This document shows positions 24,463 through 33,553 of a stretch of DNA of 64,000 bases, piece after piece. Origin of the DNA: Planctomycetota bacterium (GTDB taxonomy: Bacteria; Planctomycetota; B15-G4); the NCBI GenBank assembly GCA_038212275.1, contig JBBQUR010000001.1:160001-224000 (forward strand). The letters are read 5' to 3'. The notes under the pieces were generated by a model, which ran no database searches, had not been told where the DNA came from, and saw only the letters and a list, made by a program, of their open reading frames with translations. A program made the translations under genes and the position numbers. Every line of letters begins with the position of its first letter. The first letter of the stretch is position 1.

Positions 24463-26642
24463 GCACAACCAGCGGACTCCTGCGCCCGGAACACACTCTC
24501 TCGGAGGTTGCCTCCGGTGGAAGCCTCGCCGATCTCGAAGCCGCGTGGCTCGAGGCACTCGTGCAGCCGGCGCCCGCGGAGCGCTTCCTCGATGCGCTGG
24601 CCGCCGTGCCTGACGGCCTGCGCGGCAACACCGCCGTCTCGCTGCTGCTGCTGCTGCTCGAGGCCTGCGAGAAGCACGACGCGCACCGCGACACGGTGGA
24701 AGTCGTGCGCGCCCTGCACCCGTACCGCCAGCAGAAGGTGGACCTGCGCCTCCCGCTGCAGAAGGCGCTGGACGGCCTGCACGGCACGGAGCCGTGGTAC
24801 GAGCTGTTCGCCGAGCTCTCGGAGCTGAGGGAGTCGCGAGGCGACATGCTCGATGCTCTCGATCGCTTCCAGCGCCTCGCGCGCCTTGCGCCGGGCTGCG
24901 TCGTCTATCACCGCAGCGGCTGGGGCGAAGGCCTCATCGTCGCGCACGATCTGGCCTCGCGCAGCTTCTCCGTGAGGTTCCGCGAGGACGGGAACACGCG
25001 CAGCATGCCCTTCGCCACGGGCCTCGACGTCCTGCAGCCGCTCGACCGCACGGACCTGCGCGCGCGCCTGCTCACCGACCTCGCCGGCCTGCAGCGCGAG
25101 GCCGAGGACACGCCCGAGCGCCTGCTCCAGGCCGTCGCCCGCCTGCACAAGGGGCGCGCCGCGGTGAAGGAGATCAAGCAGTGGTTGTGCGGCACGGTGA
25201 TCGAGGAGAAGTCCTGGAACAACTGGTGGAAGAAGGCCAAGGTCGCGGCGGCGCGTGATCCCTTCCTGGCCGTCGAGAACCCGGCCCGGCCGGTGTTCGT
25301 GCTGCGCCAGCGTGCGCTGACGCCGCTGGAGGAGATGCGCTCCGCGATGAAGCGGGCGACGAAGCTCTCCGAGCTGCTGTCGGTCGTGCTCGGGCCGCTC
25401 TCGCTGGATCCCGACACCGAGGTGCGCGCGCTCATGCTCGACGAGCTGGCCGCACGCGTGGAGGTCGCGCCGGACGGGCCCGGCAAGGTCGAAGGCGCCC
25501 TGCTGCTCGTGCGCCACGGCGTCAAGCCGGCGGAGTTCGCCGCCCGGATCGTCGACAACACGGTGGGCACGGGCCCCAACCTGGCGGCGCTCATGGACTC
25601 CCTGAGCGATGCCACCCTGCGACGTGAGGCGCTCGATGCCTTCATCAGCGCACGCCCGCTGCTCTGGAGCGATGCGTTGCTGCCCGAACTTTCGGGCCTG
25701 TCGCCGCAGCTTCTGGACACGGCGGCGGACCGGCTGCTCGCCGCCGGGCGCGGGGATGCGCTCGCCAACCGCTTCCACATCTTCCTGCTGTCTCCAAGCA
25801 GGCATCCCGCGGCCGTGATGCGGCTTGCGAAGCGCTTCGCGGCGGGGATGTTCGACGGCGTGAACGGCGCGCCGTCGCTGACGGAGGTCTTCATGGGGGC
25901 ACTGCACCTCGGCGAGACCCAGGCGCCGAAGGCGGAGCGCGGTGACAAGCCCGCCAAGGAAATCATGCGCACGCTGGTGGAGGTGCTGCTTGCGCGCAAG
26001 GGCGGGCTCGTCGCGCCCTTCGCCAAGGCCGGCACGCGCAGCGACCTCGCCGCCGCCATGGGCGTGCTGGTGCGCTGCCGCCGCATGCCGGACGACATCG
26101 TCGCCGGCCTGCGCCACGCGGTCGAGGCACGCTTCCCGGATCTCGCCCCGAAGGAGGAGATCCCGTTCTGGCAGACCACCGGCATCTTCTCCACGCGCGA
26201 TGGCATCCAGCGTCGGCAGGAGGAGTACCGCGTGCTCACCCAGGAGAAGATCCCGGCCAACAGCACCGACATCGGACGCGCCGCGAGCTACGGCGACCTC
26301 TCCGAGAACTTCGAGTGGACCGCAGCCATCGAGCAGCAGCGTCAGCTCACCGAGAAGGCCGTCGCGATGGAGGCCGAACTGCGCCTCGCGCAGCCCATCG
26401 AGGACCAGACGCTGGAGCCGGGCGTCGTGTCGCCGGGCACGCGCGTCACGTTCAAGCAGGACGGCACCGAATCCACGATGCTGATCCTCGGGCCCTGGGA
26501 CATCGGGGACGGCATCGTGAGCTACCGCGCGCCGCTGGCGGCAGGAATGCTCGGCGCGCGCGCCGGTGAGACGGTCTCCGTGGACCTGCCCTCGGGCCAG
26601 GCCTCCGTCGAAGTGAAGCGAGTCGAGCCCGCGTTCGGGTGA
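24459..26642 (+). CDS. greA: Long-form GreA/GreB family transcription elongation factor (~727 aa)
   Basis: C-terminal Gre domain IPANSTDIGRAASYGDLSENFEW, ILGPWD, VSYRAPLA, GETV; GTG 24459 overlaps the upstream stop. Confidence 0.88.
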   Translation: MSTTSGLLRPEHTLSEVASGGSLADLEAAWLEALVQPAPAERFLDALAAVPDGLRGNTAVSLLLLLLEACEKHDAHRDTVEVVRALHPYRQQKVDLRLPLQKALDGLHGTEPWYELFAELSELRESRGDMLDALDRFQRLARLAPGCVVYHRSGWGEGLIVAHDLASRSFSVRFREDGNTRSMPFATGLDVLQPLDRTDLRARLLTDLAGLQREAEDTPERLLQAVARLHKGRAAVKEIKQWLCGTVIEEKSWNNWWKKAKVAAARDPFLAVENPARPVFVLRQRALTPLEEMRSAMKRATKLSELLSVVLGPLSLDPDTEVRALMLDELAARVEVAPDGPGKVEGALLLVRHGVKPAEFAARIVDNTVGTGPNLAALMDSLSDATLRREALDAFISARPLLWSDALLPELSGLSPQLLDTAADRLLAAGRGDALANRFHIFLLSPSRHPAAVMRLAKRFAAGMFDGVNGAPSLTEVFMGALHLGETQAPKAERGDKPAKEIMRTLVEVLLARKGGLVAPFAKAGTRSDLAAAMGVLVRCRRMPDDIVAGLRHAVEARFPDLAPKEEIPFWQTTGIFSTRDGIQRRQEEYRVLTQEKIPANSTDIGRAASYGDLSENFEWTAAIEQQRQLTEKAVAMEAELRLAQPIEDQTLEPGVVSPGTRVTFKQDGTESTMLILGPWDIGDGIVSYRAPLAAGMLGARAGETVSVDLPSGQASVEVKRVEPAFG

Positions 26643-26658
26643 TGACGCGGAGTCACCG

Positions 26659-28191
26659 GTGAGCGAGGGCGGCGAATCCGGCGAACCCGAAGCGCAGAAG
26701 ACGGGCGGGCCGTCGCCCGCGGAGGTCCGTGCGGCGGCGGAGATCGCCGGCAGTCATCGCGTGAGCAGGCCGGGTCCCGAGCCCGACCTGCCGCCCGCGG
26801 GCAGCGATCACGGCAGGATGGCGCAGCGCCCGTCGCAGGATTTCTGGCGCGCTCTCTACGAGCGCCGCACGACCCGCCGCTTCGACCCGACCCGGCCGGT
26901 GCCGCGCGAGATCGTGCTCGAACTCCTCGACGCGGCGCTCATTGCGCCCACCTCGTGCAACCTGCAGATGTGGGACTTCGTGGTCGTGGACGATCCGGAC
27001 CAGCGCGAGAAACTAGGCCGGCTCTCGCTGCAGGTGCTCTCGACGCCGGTGTCGATCTTCGTCGCGTACGGCAAGGAGTACAGCGAGGAGGGGCACGCCA
27101 ACGTGCAGAGCGCGGCGGCCGCACTGATGAACATGTCGCTCGCGGCGCACGTGCTCGGCATGGGCACCTTCTGGATCAACCAGCTGGGACCGCGGGACGA
27201 GGTGGGCCGCATTCTGGGGCTGCCGCCGGACCGTGAGGTCGTGGCCGCGCTTGCCGTGGGCTGGCCGAAGACGTATCCGGGCGTCGCGCCGAAGCGCCGG
27301 CGCTTCGAGCACGTCGTGCACTGGAACCACTTCGGCGGGCGGCCGATCCCGAGTTCGCCGAGGCCGCGTGACTGGGGCCTCGACCTCATCCGCGACTACC
27401 AGCACGCGCGCGTGCTCAACGGCAATCGCTACAACAAGAGCCGTCCGTGGGAGCTGGACGCGGCGCTCGCCGCCGCCGACCGCCTGGCGCCGCGCAACGA
27501 AACCGCCGTGCCTGGCGACGACGCCCCGACCTGGCTCGACGTGCTGCCCGTGCACGGTGCCTTCACCGGCGCGATGGCGCGCGCGCATCGCGACCATCGC
27601 TGGACGGTGCTCGAGCTGTCGCGCGACGTGGCGCAGTTCGCCGCGAAACGCTGCCCCGGGCAGGTGCAGTGCGCGGCCCTCGTCTACGAGAGTACCGACG
27701 TGGAGGCGCTGCCCGAGTCGGCCTTCGATCGCATCACGCTGCTGAACAGGCTCGAGGCGCTGCCGCCGCCGGAGCGCCAGCTGCTGCTGGCCTGCCTGCA
27801 GCGGATGCTCAAGCCCGACGGCCGCATGGTGCTGCAGTACGTGAGTCGCCGCAGCTTTCACGGGCTTGCCGACTGGTTGCACGAGCGCCGCGGCGGCCCC
27901 GGCGGCGTGGAGTACGTGCTGGCGCCCGATCCCAACCTCGGTCCCTTTCAGGCGCTTTCACCGGGCGAGGTGGCGCTGCTCGTCCAGCGCTCGGGTTTCC
28001 GCGTCGTGGAGAGCACCGCGGCCGATGCCGTGCCGGCGCGCACCGAAGTCGAATTCCGCACGCGCAACATGCGCGGCGTCCGGCGCCTCATGGTGCGGGG
28101 CGTGGTCGGAGTCTGCCGGCTGCTGGCCGCGATACCGGGCGTTACCGCGCTCCTCGGCCGCACGCGCACGCTGGTGCTGCAGCGCGCCTGA
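26659..28191 (+). CDS. Nitroreductase-family domain fused to a class I SAM-methyltransferase-like domain
   Basis: ERRTTRRF, APTSCNLQMWDFVVV, MNMSLAAHVLGMGTFW, AVGWP; C-half WLDVLPVHG, VLELS, FDRITL, RMLKPDGRMVL; the start could instead be ATG 26818. Confidence 0.75.
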   Translation: MSEGGESGEPEAQKTGGPSPAEVRAAAEIAGSHRVSRPGPEPDLPPAGSDHGRMAQRPSQDFWRALYERRTTRRFDPTRPVPREIVLELLDAALIAPTSCNLQMWDFVVVDDPDQREKLGRLSLQVLSTPVSIFVAYGKEYSEEGHANVQSAAAALMNMSLAAHVLGMGTFWINQLGPRDEVGRILGLPPDREVVAALAVGWPKTYPGVAPKRRRFEHVVHWNHFGGRPIPSSPRPRDWGLDLIRDYQHARVLNGNRYNKSRPWELDAALAAADRLAPRNETAVPGDDAPTWLDVLPVHGAFTGAMARAHRDHRWTVLELSRDVAQFAAKRCPGQVQCAALVYESTDVEALPESAFDRITLLNRLEALPPPERQLLLACLQRMLKPDGRMVLQYVSRRSFHGLADWLHERRGGPGGVEYVLAPDPNLGPFQALSPGEVALLVQRSGFRVVESTAADAVPARTEVEFRTRNMRGVRRLMVRGVVGVCRLLAAIPGVTALLGRTRTLVLQRA

Positions 28192-28200
28192 GGCGGCCCG

Positions 28201-30780
28201 TCAGCGCGCCGCCTCGACGTAGCCCAGCTCGATGAGCTGATTGCGCAACTCGTCGCTCAGCTCGATCGACTGGCGCTCGGTGTTGCCCATGCGCATCGAG
28301 TCCTCCATGGCGGCCAGTCGCCGGCGCAGGCTGTCGAGATCGCTGACCCGGTCCGCGGCGAGATTGTGCGTCTCATCGGGGTCCTGCTTCAGGTCGAAGA
28401 GTTCCCACTCGATGCTGGCCGGCTCGTCGCGCGCATCGGTGGTGTCGCTGTGCACGATCTTCAGCTGCCCTTCGCGCAGGCCGGTGCGCCCATGCAGGTA
28501 GCGGTCGATGTGGGAGAAGAGCGGAGTGGGCGGCGCCGCGGGGCGGCCGCCGCGCACGTAATCCGCCAGCGAGCGGCCGTCGAGGCCTTCGGGCACCGGC
28601 TGGCCGAGCAGGTCGAGCAGCGTGGGGAGGATGTCCACCTGGCTGACCGGCTCGTCGATGCGCAGGCCGGCCGGGGCGCCCGGCATGCGGATGATCAGCG
28701 GGATGTGGATCAGGTCCTGGTAGAGCGTGCCGCGGTGACGGAAATGGCCGTGTTCGAAGAACTCCTCGCCGTGGTCGGCGGTGACGACCACGATCGTGTT
28801 GTCGAGCAGGCCCTTCTCGTCCAGCCTGCCGATGAATTCGCCGAGGCGCGCGTCGGTGTGGTGGATCGTCGCGTCGTAAAGGTCGATGAGCCGTTCGCGC
28901 GCGGCTTCGCTGGGCGGGTTCGTTTCCGCATCGCTCGTGTTGAGGCAACGCTGCGCGTCGAAGTCCGCGGGCAGGTCGTGCGGCCGCGCGAAGAGCTGCT
29001 CATCCGCGAAGGGCGGGTCGTATTCGTGCACCGCGAAGGTGTGGAGGAACACCATCCACTTGCGCCGTCCCTGGGCCGAGATCCAGCGCGCGATGTCGTC
29101 GAGCCCTCCGCCGGAGCGCGCCTGGGCGATGAGCTGCTTGTCCGGGTACACGCCGGCCGCGCTCGGCGCGAGAATCTTCGGCACGACGACCGGGTCGATG
29201 GTGGTGTAGCGGTCGAAGCCCGAGGCGAAGCCGTAGTCTACGGACACGAAACCGCCGCCCGTGAAACCGGCCGTGTGGAAGCCGGCCTCGGAGAGGATGC
29301 GCCCGAGCGTCGGCGTGCGCTGGGCATCGACGCGATCGAGCGTGTCGACGGCCAGGTGATGGGGCGGGAAGAGTCCCGTGAAGATCGAGGCGTGCGTGGG
29401 CAGCGTGTACGACGCGGCGGCGACGAGGTCCGAGAAGACCGTCGACTGGCCGGCGAGCTTGTCGAGAAAGGGCGAAGTCGGGCGGTCGTAGCCTTGGAAG
29501 CCGAGATGGTCGGCGCGCAGCGTGTCGATCGAGATGAGCAGCAGCGACGGCGCGTCGGGTCGCTCGGGGCCGCGCACCTTGGGCTGACCGAAGACCATCG
29601 CGGCGTCGCCGGCCACGGAGAACTCCACGGTCACGGGGCCCTGGATGTCCGGCGGCCACGGAATGAAGCGGTCCGTGAACTGCGGCGCCATGCCCGCCTC
29701 TCCCGTGTGCTCGATGATGTTCGCGAGCATGTGGTCGCCCGGCTGCAGCACGATGCTCCAGCTGGTGGCCGTGCCGGGCGCGAGCGCCGGGTTCGGGTCG
29801 GGACACGTGCCCACGGCGAGGTCCACGGCGCCCTCGGGGACGTTGATCGGGATGGAAAGCGTCTTGCCGGGAGGCACCAGGGCCGAGATGCGGTACTGGC
29901 CGGAGATCTTCAGCCCCGAGATGGACACCTTGCCGTCGCTGGTCGGCACCTCGGTGCTCGGGTCGTAGCCGTGGCGCAGCGTCGGTGTCGAGGCGAGCGA
30001 CACGTTGTCGATGATCAGCGGGCTGTCCCACGTGGCGATCACCACGAGGAAGCCGCGCGTCTCGCCCGCGGGCACACTCATGTCGGTGTAAGTGCGCGCT
30101 TCGGAGAGGCCGGTGCCGGCGTCGGTGCGCCACTGCGCCCTGGGTGTTGCCGCGAGCACCTGCACCAGCCCTGCGAGGTTGCGGGCGGCCTCCGGATTTG
30201 CCGCGCCGCGGGCCGTGAAGGTCTGTTCCTTGAGCTTGAATGCCGGCGCCAGGTAGAGGTTGGGACAGGTACTCTCGGCCTTGGCCGGTGCGCCCCAGAG
30301 CAGCGAGGTCAGCGTGTAGCGCGCCGTCTTCGCCACCGCCTCGTAGCGCACGAGCGCACAGCCCGGCGAAAGAACGACGTGGCCCGCCTGCTGGATGATG
30401 CCCGGTGCACCCTTCGCGGGCACCAGCGACTGCTCGAGTTCGGGAGAACAGCTGAGCAGCCACCAGCCGTCCAGCGCATCGAGACCGTCTTCGAAGACGA
30501 CCCTTCCGTCGAAGGGAAGTGCGTCGCCGGTCTGGAGCTGCCGCACGGGAAACTGCGGGACGGGCCGGGCCTCGGTCGTGCCGGATTCATCGCCCTGCCC
30601 GCATGCCAGCACCAGTCCGAGTGCGGCGCCAAGCGCGAGTCGGATCGTCAGCCTCCGGCCCGGAAGGCCTCCGATCGCGCCCGTGAGGTGAACTGACTGC
30701 GACCGGTTCTGCAACGAATGGCCTGCTCGATGGAAGTTCCGGGCGAGCCCGAGACGTTTGTGGGGCGCGTCCGGGCCCAT
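28201..30780 (-). CDS. Exported sulfatase-like hydrolase/transferase (probable lipoprotein), T-x-P-x-H motif, LxxLGY tail
   Basis: LVLAC lipobox; LLISIDTLRADHLG, SYTLPTHASIFTG, HEYDPP, VTADHGEEFFEHG, VSQVDILPTLL, ELFDL..DPDE; ends QLIELGYVEAAR; start uncertain. Confidence 0.88.
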   Translation of the reverse strand: MGPDAPHKRLGLARNFHRAGHSLQNRSQSVHLTGAIGGLPGRRLTIRLALGAALGLVLACGQGDESGTTEARPVPQFPVRQLQTGDALPFDGRVVFEDGLDALDGWWLLSCSPELEQSLVPAKGAPGIIQQAGHVVLSPGCALVRYEAVAKTARYTLTSLLWGAPAKAESTCPNLYLAPAFKLKEQTFTARGAANPEAARNLAGLVQVLAATPRAQWRTDAGTGLSEARTYTDMSVPAGETRGFLVVIATWDSPLIIDNVSLASTPTLRHGYDPSTEVPTSDGKVSISGLKISGQYRISALVPPGKTLSIPINVPEGAVDLAVGTCPDPNPALAPGTATSWSIVLQPGDHMLANIIEHTGEAGMAPQFTDRFIPWPPDIQGPVTVEFSVAGDAAMVFGQPKVRGPERPDAPSLLLISIDTLRADHLGFQGYDRPTSPFLDKLAGQSTVFSDLVAAASYTLPTHASIFTGLFPPHHLAVDTLDRVDAQRTPTLGRILSEAGFHTAGFTGGGFVSVDYGFASGFDRYTTIDPVVVPKILAPSAAGVYPDKQLIAQARSGGGLDDIARWISAQGRRKWMVFLHTFAVHEYDPPFADEQLFARPHDLPADFDAQRCLNTSDAETNPPSEAARERLIDLYDATIHHTDARLGEFIGRLDEKGLLDNTIVVVTADHGEEFFEHGHFRHRGTLYQDLIHIPLIIRMPGAPAGLRIDEPVSQVDILPTLLDLLGQPVPEGLDGRSLADYVRGGRPAAPPTPLFSHIDRYLHGRTGLREGQLKIVHSDTTDARDEPASIEWELFDLKQDPDETHNLAADRVSDLDSLRRRLAAMEDSMRMGNTERQSIELSDELRNQLIELGYVEAAR

Positions 30781-30878
30781 TGAACCACGGATCGGGACCC
30801 TTGTTGCAGCTCGGACGACGCCCACATCGCTGCCGGGAATGATGTTTCCACCGCCGCACGCACTGCAGGCAGCCGTCG

Positions 30879-33395
30879 TCAGCGCGCCGCCTCGACGTAG
30901 CCGAGTTCGATGAGCTGATCGCGCAGTTCGTCGCTCAGGTCGGCCGGCGACCGCCGCGTGTTGCCGGCGCGCAGGCTCTCCTCGACGGCGTCCAGCCGCT
31001 GGCGCATGGCGTCGAACTCCGCGGGACGCTCTCCTGCGAGATTGCGCGTCTCGTCGGGGTCATGCTGCAGGTCGAAGACTTCCCACTCCACGGAGGCCGG
31101 TTCCGCGCGCACATCGCTGGTGTCGCTGTGCACGATTTTCAGGGGCCCGTCGCGGAGGGACGTGCGCGCATGGAGGACTCTCTCGATGTGCGAGAACAGC
31201 GGCGTCGGCGCAGTGGCCGGATGTCCGCCGCGCACGAAGTCCGCCAGCGAGCGGCCGTCGAGGCCTTCGGGCACCGGCTGGCCGAGCAGCTCGAGCAGCG
31301 TCGGCAGGATGTCCACCTGACTGACCGGCTCGTCGATGCGCAGGCCTCGTGCGGCGTCGGGCATGCGGATCAGCAGCGGCACGTGCACGAGGTCCTGGTA
31401 GAGCGTGCCATGGTGACGGAAGTGGCCGTGCTCGAAGAACTCCTCGCCATGGTCGGCGGTCACGACCACGATGGTGTGCTCGAGCAATCCCTTCGCGTCG
31501 AGCCGGGTGATGAAGTCGCCGAGGCATCGGTCCACGGCGTGAATCGTCGCGTCGTACAGGTCGACGAGGCGCGCGCGCTCGGCTTCGCCGGGAGGGCTGG
31601 TCAGCGCATCGCTCCTGGCGAGGCACTCGTGCGCATCGAAGTCCTCCGGCAGGTCGTGAGGTCTCGCGAAGAGCAGCTCGTCCTCCCGGGGCGGATCGTA
31701 CTCGTGCACTCCGAAGGTGTGGATGAAGGCCATCCAGGAGCGACTGCCCTGGAGCGTGATCCAGCGCTCGGCATCGCCGAGTCCTTCGGCTGAAAAGGGG
31801 CGTCCCGCGAAGCGCTTCCCGGCAGGGAACTCGCCCGTCTCCGGCGTCACGCGCCTGAGCCCGACGACGGGGTCGATGCTGATGAACCGGTCGAAGCCCG
31901 CGGCGAAGCCGTAACCGACGGACATGAAGCCGCCGCCCGTGAAGCCGGCCGTGTGGAAACCCGCATCCGACAGCAGGCGCGAGATCGTCGGCGTGCGCTC
32001 CGCGTCGACGCGATCGACCGAGTCGATGGCCAGGTGGTGCGGCGGGAACAGTCCCGTGAAGAGCGAGGCGTGCGTCGGCAGGGTGTAGGACGCGGTGGCT
32101 ACCGTGTCGGTGAAGACGGTGGACTGGCTGGCAAGCTGGTCCAGGAAGGGCGACGTCGGGCGATCGTAGCCAAGGAAGCCGAGATGATCCGCGCGCAGCG
32201 TGTCGATCGAGATGAGCAGCAGCGACGGCGCGTCGGGGTGCTCGGGACCTCGGACCTTGGGTTGCCCGAACACCATCGCGGCGTCGCCGGTCACGGAGAA
32301 CTCCACGGTGACGGGGCCGTCGATGCCCTCGGGCCACGGAAGCAGCCGATCCGTGAACCGCGGCGCCTGTCCTGCGGCGCACGTCCGCTCGCTGAACTGC
32401 GCGATGAGATGGTTGCCAGGCTGCAGCACGATGCTCCACTCGGTCGGTGCGTCGGGCTTCACCGAAGGGCTCGGGTCGGGGCAGGTGCCCACCGCGATGT
32501 CGACGGCGCCGTCCGGAACATCGAGCGGAATCGCGAGCGTCTGCCCGGGCGGGACACGGGCCGAGATGCGGTACTGGCCGGAGATGGTGAGGCCGGCGAT
32601 GGCCACCGTCGCGTCGTCGGTCGGCAACTCCGAACGCGCGTCGTAGCCGAGCCGCAGCGAGGGAATGGCCGACAGCGAAACGCTGTCGATGAGCAGCGGG
32701 GCGTCCAGCGTCGTGAGCATCACCAGGAAGCTCTCGGTCCTTCCGTCGGCGACCTCGACGTCCGCGAAGGTGCGGGCTTCGGCAAAGCCTGAGTCCGCGT
32801 CGACGCGCCACTCGGCCTTCGGATGGAGCGTGGCCTGCAGCAGCAGACCTGCCATCGCGGTGGCCGCTCCTGCTTCGGAGAATCGTCCCTCGGCGAGATC
32901 CCGGTTCTTGAGGTTGTGCGTCCACGCCAGGCTCAGGTGAGGGCAGGGTCTGCCGGCCTTCGAGGGTGAGCCTTGCAGGAACGCCGACAGCGTGTAACGC
33001 GCGCTCATCGACACGGGAACCTGGCGCACGAGAGCGCAGTCGGGAGGCAGGACGACCTCGCCGGGCCGCGCGCCGAGGCCCGGCACGTCCCCTGCCGGCA
33101 CCAGCGAGACATGGCCCTTCCCGGCCGTCCTCAGCAACCACCAATCGTCCAGCGTGTCGAGATCGTCGTCGAGGATGATCTGGCCATCGAAGGGGCGGGT
33201 CTCTCCCGTCTCGAGCTGGCGCAGCGGGAAGCGCGACGCCGCCGGTGCGATGTCGGGGCTCCGGTCGAAGGCGGTCGACAGGCCGAGCAGCGTGCAGAGC
33301 GCGAGCCGCGCCAGGAGGCGTCCGCAGCCCGTGACGTGGCGCGTGAGCGGGTCGGCCTGTGAGCAGATCTGCAACGGATGGCCTGCGTGGAGCAT
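30879..33395 (-). CDS. Exported sulfatase-like hydrolase/transferase, tandem paralog of 28201-30780
   Basis: Same motifs (SYTLPTHASLFTG, VTADHGEEFFEHG), hydrophobic N-terminal signal, identical final residues QLIELGYVEAAR. Confidence 0.88.
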   Translation of the reverse strand: MLHAGHPLQICSQADPLTRHVTGCGRLLARLALCTLLGLSTAFDRSPDIAPAASRFPLRQLETGETRPFDGQIILDDDLDTLDDWWLLRTAGKGHVSLVPAGDVPGLGARPGEVVLPPDCALVRQVPVSMSARYTLSAFLQGSPSKAGRPCPHLSLAWTHNLKNRDLAEGRFSEAGAATAMAGLLLQATLHPKAEWRVDADSGFAEARTFADVEVADGRTESFLVMLTTLDAPLLIDSVSLSAIPSLRLGYDARSELPTDDATVAIAGLTISGQYRISARVPPGQTLAIPLDVPDGAVDIAVGTCPDPSPSVKPDAPTEWSIVLQPGNHLIAQFSERTCAAGQAPRFTDRLLPWPEGIDGPVTVEFSVTGDAAMVFGQPKVRGPEHPDAPSLLLISIDTLRADHLGFLGYDRPTSPFLDQLASQSTVFTDTVATASYTLPTHASLFTGLFPPHHLAIDSVDRVDAERTPTISRLLSDAGFHTAGFTGGGFMSVGYGFAAGFDRFISIDPVVGLRRVTPETGEFPAGKRFAGRPFSAEGLGDAERWITLQGSRSWMAFIHTFGVHEYDPPREDELLFARPHDLPEDFDAHECLARSDALTSPPGEAERARLVDLYDATIHAVDRCLGDFITRLDAKGLLEHTIVVVTADHGEEFFEHGHFRHHGTLYQDLVHVPLLIRMPDAARGLRIDEPVSQVDILPTLLELLGQPVPEGLDGRSLADFVRGGHPATAPTPLFSHIERVLHARTSLRDGPLKIVHSDTSDVRAEPASVEWEVFDLQHDPDETRNLAGERPAEFDAMRQRLDAVEESLRAGNTRRSPADLSDELRDQLIELGYVEAAR

Positions 33396-33553
33396 GGCCC
33401 GGCGACTGACGCAACCTGCGCGCCAGCACGGTGTCGCGCCGGGCCTTCATGAACCGCTGGAAGCGATGATAGTGGCTCTCCGCCGACGGCGGTACTTTCC
33501 AGCCGATGCCGGGGATCGGGCCGTCGCGTGTCGCGTCCAGGCCGGCAGCCGGC

